DNA of 11,273 nt from assembly GCA_043779265.1 (NCBI GenBank), contig JAYWEM010000062.1, forward strand, positions 1 through 11,273, given 5' to 3'. The notes under the pieces were generated by a model. That model searched no databases. It was not told the origin of the DNA and was given only the letters and a program-made list of their open reading frames with translations. The stretch's first letter is position 1, and each line of letters opens with the position of its first letter. Positions 6,161-11,273 of the stretch are shown one piece after another. The translations under genes and the position numbers were made by a program. This DNA comes from a bacterium (GTDB lineage: Bacteria; Eisenbacteria; RBG-16-71-46).

Positions 6161-7555
6161 ATGCAATCGCCCCTCCACCTCTCGCTCGCGCTCCTCGTGC
6201 TCTTGTCCCCGTCGGCAGCCTCGGCGGCGAGCAAGGCGTTCGTATTCGGCACCGACTTCTCGACCGGCTCGCTCAGTTCGGTCGTGACCGCCACCTCGAT
6301 TCCGAGCTGTGATGTGGCGAGCCCGCACTCGGATGCGCGGTTGCGGTTCTTCGGGGGCCAGATCTACGTGATCAATCGCTTCGGGGCCGACAACATCCAG
6401 ATCGTGAGCCCCTCGACTCACGCCACCGTGCGTCAGTTCAGCGTCGGCAATGGCGCCAATCCCTATGACATCGCGGTGCTGTCGCCCACGAAGGCGTACG
6501 TCACGCGCTACGAGCGTCGCGAGCTGTGGATCGTGAACCCCTCGACCGGCCTCAAGACCGGAGAGATCGACCTCGGCGCCTTCGCCGACGCCGACGGCAC
6601 GCCCGAGATGGACCGCATCGCCGTCGTGGGTCCGCTCGCGTTCGTCTCGCTGCAGCGGCTCGACCGCAACGGCGGCTTCGTGCCCACCGACAGTTCGCTC
6701 GTCGCGGTCATCGACACGCGCACCGACCAGTTGGTGGATTGCGATTCGATCGCACCCGGCGTGCAGGCGATCCATCTGCCGCGCACCAACCCCGTCACCG
6801 ACTTCGCGTTCGATCGCACCACGAGTCGTCTGCTGCTCGGATGCGCCGGGTTCTTCGGCGCGTTCGATGCCGGCATCGTCGCGATCGACGCCGCTGGGCT
6901 GACCTCCACGCAGGTGCTCGCGACCGACGCGGCGCTCGGCGGCGACTGCAATGACCTGGTGTGGATCTCGCCGACGCAGGCCTACGTCATCATCAGCACG
7001 CCGTCGTTCGTGACCAAGCTGGTCCGTTGGAACCCCTCGAGCGGTGCGGTCGGACCCACCCTGTTCGACCCGGCGGCGTTCGCCCTGTCCGATGTGGAGT
7101 ACGACGGCGCGGGGCAGCTCTGGCTGTGCGACAGCCGATTCGTCGGCGGTGCAGTGCGCCGGTTCTCGACCGTCACCGATCTCGCGATCGGTCCGCCCAT
7201 CGTGTGCACCCTGCCGCCTCAGGGCATCGTGTTCGATCAGGCGAGCGGCCCGATCGCGGGCGTTCCCTTGGGCGGCTCGGCCCTGGCGCTCTCAGCCCCA
7301 TGGCCGCTCCCGGCAAGGGGTTCCGTGCGCATGGCGCTGACCCTCGCCGAGCCGGGCGAGGCCAGTCTCGAGGTGTTCGATGCCTTCGGCCGCCGGGTTC
7401 GAGTGCTAGCCGAGGGAGCGCTGCCGGCCGGTGTGCGCGACGTGGTGTGGGATCTCCTCGACTCGCGCGGCGCCACGGTCGCCGCAGGCGTCTATCTGAT
7501 CCGGGCACGCACCGGGGCGGGGGAGGCCCGGCAGCGGGTGGTGGTCAGCCGCTGA
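6161..7555 (+). CDS. Secreted YncE/BtuG-like beta-propeller protein with C-terminal FlgD-Ig/T9SS-type-A-like sorting domain
   Basis: AAGGAG 9 nt before ATG 6161 (alternative start ATG 6143 overlaps the receptor stop, ATGA). Sec signal ending ASA-A with no lipobox. Propeller-like repeats (IYVINRF, NPYDIAVLSPTKAYVT, LWIVNP, VAVIDTRTD, QAYVII). CTD at ~7280-7555 (PWPLPA...FDAFGRRVRVL...VVWD...GVYLIRA...RVVVSR). Confidence 0.85.
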   Translation: MQSPLHLSLALLVLLSPSAASAASKAFVFGTDFSTGSLSSVVTATSIPSCDVASPHSDARLRFFGGQIYVINRFGADNIQIVSPSTHATVRQFSVGNGANPYDIAVLSPTKAYVTRYERRELWIVNPSTGLKTGEIDLGAFADADGTPEMDRIAVVGPLAFVSLQRLDRNGGFVPTDSSLVAVIDTRTDQLVDCDSIAPGVQAIHLPRTNPVTDFAFDRTTSRLLLGCAGFFGAFDAGIVAIDAAGLTSTQVLATDAALGGDCNDLVWISPTQAYVIISTPSFVTKLVRWNPSSGAVGPTLFDPAAFALSDVEYDGAGQLWLCDSRFVGGAVRRFSTVTDLAIGPPIVCTLPPQGIVFDQASGPIAGVPLGGSALALSAPWPLPARGSVRMALTLAEPGEASLEVFDAFGRRVRVLAEGALPAGVRDVVWDLLDSRGATVAAGVYLIRARTGAGEARQRVVVSR

Positions 7556-7583
7556 GAAGACGGTCGCGGTAGTGGGTTCGGGC

Positions 7584-7612
7584 TGGAAACCTCACTCGCC
7601 ACAGGACATAAT
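7584..7612 (+). promoter_or_regulatory. Putative sigma70-type promoter for the FN3-CTD / M48 genes
   Basis: TGGAAA (7584-7589), 17-nt spacer, CATAAT (7607-7612) in a 172-bp intergenic gap. Confidence 0.45.
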
Positions 7613-7727
7613 CCCGCTAGCCTGTGCCCCCCGCCGAAGGGCGGCACGGCTCGAACCCGGCCCGTCGGCAAGTGTTCTCGCGCTCGCCAACGGGCCGCTC
7701 AGGTCCCCCCGCTCCTCGAAAGCGCAC

Positions 7728-8414
7728 ATGTCATCTCGCCCCCACTTCGCGCCCGTGAGTCGTTGCCTGCTGCTCGCCGTGTTCCTCGCCACGCTCCTCG
7801 CCGGTGCGTTCGCGCTCGCGCATGAGGCATCGGCTATCAACATGATCCTGCGCTGGACCGCCCCCGGGGATGATTCGACGTTCGGTCGCGCCTCCGAATA
7901 CGATCTGCGCTACTCGATCCGCGCCTCGCAGTTCCCGAGTCGTTTCTCGACCGCGACGCGCGTACCGACGCCGCTGCCCAGCGAGGCCGGCACGATGGAG
8001 GAACTCGTGGTCGCCGACATGCCCGAGAGCACGACCGTCTACTTCGCGCTTCGAACGCGCGATGAGTTCGGCAATTGGTCGATGATCTCCAACGTGCTCG
8101 GGTCCTATCCGATCGTCGGCGTCGACGGACAGGTGCAGCGCATCGATTTCTCGGAGCCGCGCCCGAGTCCCGCCTCGAGCCACACGCGATTCACGCTATC
8201 GCTGCCGAGGAAGGCGTCCGCCAGCGTCGAGGCGATCGATGTGACCGGCCGACGCGTGCGGCTGATCCAGCGTGGCGAACTCGCCGCCGGCCAGCACACC
8301 ATGGAGTGGGACCTGCGCGACGAAGCGGGCAACCGCACGCGCCCTGGCGTGTTCTTCATCCGCGCCCGCACCGGCGACGAGGACTTCCTGCGCCGGGTCG
8401 TGGTGCTGCGCTGA
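7728..8414 (+). CDS. Secreted protein: fibronectin type III-like domain plus FlgD-Ig/T9SS-like C-terminal domain (228 aa)
   Basis: Hydrophobic signal peptide ending ASA. FN3-like LRWTAPGDD...YDLRYS...YFALRTRDEFGNWS. CTD at ~8142-8414 (PRPSPA...DVTGRRVRLI...WDLRDEAG...GVFFIRA...RVVVLR). Start uncertain (ATG 7728 or GTG 7755). Confidence 0.85.
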   Translation: MSSRPHFAPVSRCLLLAVFLATLLAGAFALAHEASAINMILRWTAPGDDSTFGRASEYDLRYSIRASQFPSRFSTATRVPTPLPSEAGTMEELVVADMPESTTVYFALRTRDEFGNWSMISNVLGSYPIVGVDGQVQRIDFSEPRPSPASSHTRFTLSLPRKASASVEAIDVTGRRVRLIQRGELAAGQHTMEWDLRDEAGNRTRPGVFFIRARTGDEDFLRRVVVLR

Positions 8415-8431
8415 TCGCCCATCTTCGCAGG

Positions 8432-9796
8432 ATGCAGCGGCTGCGATTCGCTGCAACCGCGCTGGCGATCGGCGTCGCGATGAGCGCCCTGCTGGCGGCT
8501 GTGGCCCATGCGGCCCCCGCTGTGGTCCCCGCGCTGACCGACTCCACGGCGCTGACCTCGGCCGATTCGGCCCACTTCGCGTCACTGGCCGCGGCTCCCC
8601 GTGATCTGCTCGCCGAGGCCCGCGCCGGGTTCACTCCCGAGAACCGCGCCTATCAAGGGCTTCGGGTGTGGCTGCGCATCGCGGGGCCCATCTACGGCGT
8701 ACTCGTCTCCCTGCTGCTCCTTTTCACCGGTCTCTCGGCTCGGTTCCGTGACATCGCGCATGCGATGGGACGCCGCGGCTATGTGCGCGTGCTCGTCTAC
8801 TTCACGCTCTACGCCATCGCCGCCACGCTCTTCACGATGCCCCTCGCGTGGTACGAGGAGTTCGCGCTCGAGCATCAGTTCGGCCTGAGCAACCAGTCGC
8901 TCGGCGACTGGGCGTTCGACTCGATCAAGGGGCTCACGTTCACCGTGGTCTCGGTCGGGGTCGTGCCGCTGTTGTGGCTGGCCTGGCGCGCGATCGAGAA
9001 GAGCCCGCGCGCATGGTGGTTGTGGCTCGCCGCGGGCACGCTGCCGGTGGCACTCGTCACCACGCTGCTCCAGCCGTTGGTGTTCGACCCGCTCTTCAAT
9101 CGCTTCACCCCGCTCCAGGATGAGTCGCTCCGTCAGGAGATCCTCGACCTCGGCGCACGTGCGGGCATTCCGGGCCGCAACGTCTATCAGGTCGACATGA
9201 GCAGCAAGACCAACAAGGTCAACGCCTACGTCAATGGCTTCGGCGCCTCGCAGCGGATCGTGCTATGGGACACGATGCTCCAGCGCATGCAGCGCGACGA
9301 GGTGCTGTTCGTGATGGGCCATGAGATGGGCCACTACATGCTGCACCACATCTGGAAGGGCCTGCTGTGGCTGACCTTGGGCGCGTTCGTCGCGTTCGGG
9401 TTGATGGCGTGGATGGTGCACGGTGCGTTGCGCATGTTCGGAGTCCGCTGGGGGGTGACGGGCGTGTCGGACTTGGCGGCGCTGCCGCTGATGGTAGCGG
9501 CACTGACCGTGCTGGGCTTCGCCGGACAGCCCGCCCTGAACGCGCTCAGCCGACAGGTCGAGCACGAGTCCGACATCTACGCACTCGAGCTGACGCACGA
9601 CAACGACGCCGGCGCGCGCGCGTTCCTGCAACTGGCGCAGAACAACCGCAGCGATCCCGAACCCGAGCCTTGGGTGCGGACGCTGTTCTACACGCATCCG
9701 CCGCTCGCCGAGCGCATCGAGTTCGCCCTGACGTACCGGCCTTGGGCCGAGGGTCGGCCGAACCAGCTCTTCAAGGGCCCGCCGCTCAAGCGCTGA
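8432..9796 (+). CDS. M48 family (Ste24/CAAX prenyl protease-like) membrane zinc metallopeptidase
   Basis: Multiple TM segments, LEHQFGLSNQS, NAYVNGFGASQRIVLWDTM, zinc motif HEMGH, third-ligand region EHESD, THPPLAERI. Start placed at ATG 8432 after the upstream stop at 8414. Confidence 0.95.
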   Translation: MQRLRFAATALAIGVAMSALLAAVAHAAPAVVPALTDSTALTSADSAHFASLAAAPRDLLAEARAGFTPENRAYQGLRVWLRIAGPIYGVLVSLLLLFTGLSARFRDIAHAMGRRGYVRVLVYFTLYAIAATLFTMPLAWYEEFALEHQFGLSNQSLGDWAFDSIKGLTFTVVSVGVVPLLWLAWRAIEKSPRAWWLWLAAGTLPVALVTTLLQPLVFDPLFNRFTPLQDESLRQEILDLGARAGIPGRNVYQVDMSSKTNKVNAYVNGFGASQRIVLWDTMLQRMQRDEVLFVMGHEMGHYMLHHIWKGLLWLTLGAFVAFGLMAWMVHGALRMFGVRWGVTGVSDLAALPLMVAALTVLGFAGQPALNALSRQVEHESDIYALELTHDNDAGARAFLQLAQNNRSDPEPEPWVRTLFYTHPPLAERIEFALTYRPWAEGRPNQLFKGPPLKR

Positions 9797-11273
9797 CCGC
9801 AGTCACCTTCGGGCGCGACTGCCACCACAGCGCGAACATGGCGAGGGCGTACAGCAGCTGCGAGCGATCGGCCCGGCCGCCGCGGTGCTCGGCGAACAGC
9901 TTCGCGACCGCGCCGGGATCGAGCGCGCCGGCGGCATCGGCGCCGCTGTCGCGCCACACCGACTCGGCGTAGCGACCGAGGTCGCCTCGAACCCAACGCG
10001 CCAACGGCACTGCGAAGCCCTGCTTGGGACGATCGAGTATCCGCGGCGGCAGCCACGGCTCGATGGCGCGTCGCACGATCCACTTGCCGGTGGCCCCTCG
10101 CAGCTTGAGCCCGATGGGCATGCTGGCTGCGAACTCGACGAACACGTGCGACAGGAACGGCACACGCACTTCGAGCGAGTGCTGCATGCTGGCGCGATCC
10201 ACCTTGGTGAGCATGTCGTCCGGCAGTCGCACGACCGTGTCGGCGTAGAGCAGGTCCTCGACCGGGTCGTTGGAGAGGCGTTCGGGGAAGTGGGCGCGCG
10301 CCAGGCGCTCGAGTTCGTCGCCCTGCTCGAGCTGCGCGGTGAACTCAGGCCGGTAGAGCGCGGCGCGCACGGCCCGTGGCGCCAGCTGGTACTTGCTGAA
10401 GAAGCGCTCGAAGGTCGAGCCCAGCATCGCGTCGCCACTGATCTTGGCGAGGCGCTGGCGCAGGTAGTTCCACTTGGGCAGCGGCAGCGGCGGCAATTGT
10501 GCGATGGCGCCGGCGAGTCGGAACGCCGGCAGCCTCGTCTGCACCAGGCGCTCGTTGTAGTGGCGCTCATAGCCCGCGAACAACTCATCGCCGCCATCGC
10601 CCGACATCGCCACGGTCACCTGCTCGCGCGCAAGCTGCGAGACGTACCACGTGGGGATGGCCGAAGGGTCGGCGAAGGGCTCGTCGAAGGCGGCGGCCAG
10701 GCTCGGCAAGATGGTCGCGGCGTCATCCAACTCGACCACGCGCTCGGTGTGCTGGCACTGGAGATGGGCGGCCACCTGGCGCGCGAAGGGTGACTCATCG
10801 GCCTGCGAGTCGGAGAACCCGATGGTGAACGTGCGCACCGGCTCGCGCATGACGCGCGTCATCGCCGCCACCACCGCCGAGGAATCGACGCCGCCCGAGA
10901 GGAACGCCCCCAGCGGCACGTCGCTCTGTAGATGTCGCTCGACGCACGCGGTGAACTCGTCACGGAACGCCTCGATCCACTCGGTCTCGGATCTCTCGGG
11001 GGCGGGGCGATAGGCGAATCGCCAGTAGCGAGTCGTCACCGGCTCGCCCTCGGGTCCGATCGTCATCGAGCAGCCCGGTGCGAGCTTCACGACCTCGTCG
11101 TAGATCGTGTGCGGCGCCAGCACATGGCCGAACGCGAAGTACTCGTCCATCGATCGGGCCCGCGGCGTGAACGACAGCCCCGGCACCGGGTGCAGCGTCT
11201 TCAGCTCCGAGCCCCACGCGATGCCGCCTCGTTGCAGCGTGTAGTGGAGCGGCTTGATCCCGAGCGGGTCGCG
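9786..11273 (-). CDS. asnB: Asparagine synthase (glutamine-hydrolysing) family amidotransferase, 5'-truncated by window edge
   Basis: Frame is open to the window end (RDPLGIKPLHY...WGSELKTL). Motifs SDVPLGAFLSGGVDSS, DEPFADPSAIP, VAMSGDGGDELFAGY, LTKVDRASMQHSLEVRVPFL, RPKQGF. Confidence 0.95.
   Translation of the reverse strand, partial: RDPLGIKPLHYTLQRGGIAWGSELKTLHPVPGLSFTPRARSMDEYFAFGHVLAPHTIYDEVVKLAPGCSMTIGPEGEPVTTRYWRFAYRPAPERSETEWIEAFRDEFTACVERHLQSDVPLGAFLSGGVDSSAVVAAMTRVMREPVRTFTIGFSDSQADESPFARQVAAHLQCQHTERVVELDDAATILPSLAAAFDEPFADPSAIPTWYVSQLAREQVTVAMSGDGGDELFAGYERHYNERLVQTRLPAFRLAGAIAQLPPLPLPKWNYLRQRLAKISGDAMLGSTFERFFSKYQLAPRAVRAALYRPEFTAQLEQGDELERLARAHFPERLSNDPVEDLLYADTVVRLPDDMLTKVDRASMQHSLEVRVPFLSHVFVEFAASMPIGLKLRGATGKWIVRRAIEPWLPPRILDRPKQGFAVPLARWVRGDLGRYAESVWRDSGADAAGALDPGAVAKLFAEHRGGRADRSQLLYALAMFALWWQSRPKVTAVSA

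Overview
High-GC bacterial window. The FlgD-Ig/T9SS-like C-terminal domains and a WTAPGDD fibronectin-type module suggest an FCB-associated lineage such as Ca. Eisenbacteria (inference only). Gene order: 3' end of a sensor histidine kinase; NtrC/AtoC-type sigma54 activator; near-consensus sigma54 promoter and a ~120-nt multi-hairpin segment; 85-aa hypothetical protein; orphan Pal-like lipoprotein; convergent TsaA/TrmO-family gene; an unexplained ~170-nt structured intergenic element (27-bp perfect inverted repeat enclosing 8 GGA motifs); cobalamin riboswitch; BtuB-like TonB-dependent receptor; secreted YncE/BtuG-like beta-propeller with a sorting-type CTD; FN3+CTD protein; M48 peptidase; and a convergent, 5'-truncated AsnB-family amidotransferase. 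The most interesting signals are (1) the GGA-rich long-stem element at ~3633-3804, a candidate Csr/Rsm-type sponge or novel ncRNA, (2) the sigma54 promoter and three hairpins directly behind the two-component system, and (3) a riboswitch-controlled B12 capture module whose propeller carries a CTD instead of a lipid anchor. No database searches or folding programs were run. All calls come from reading motifs by eye.
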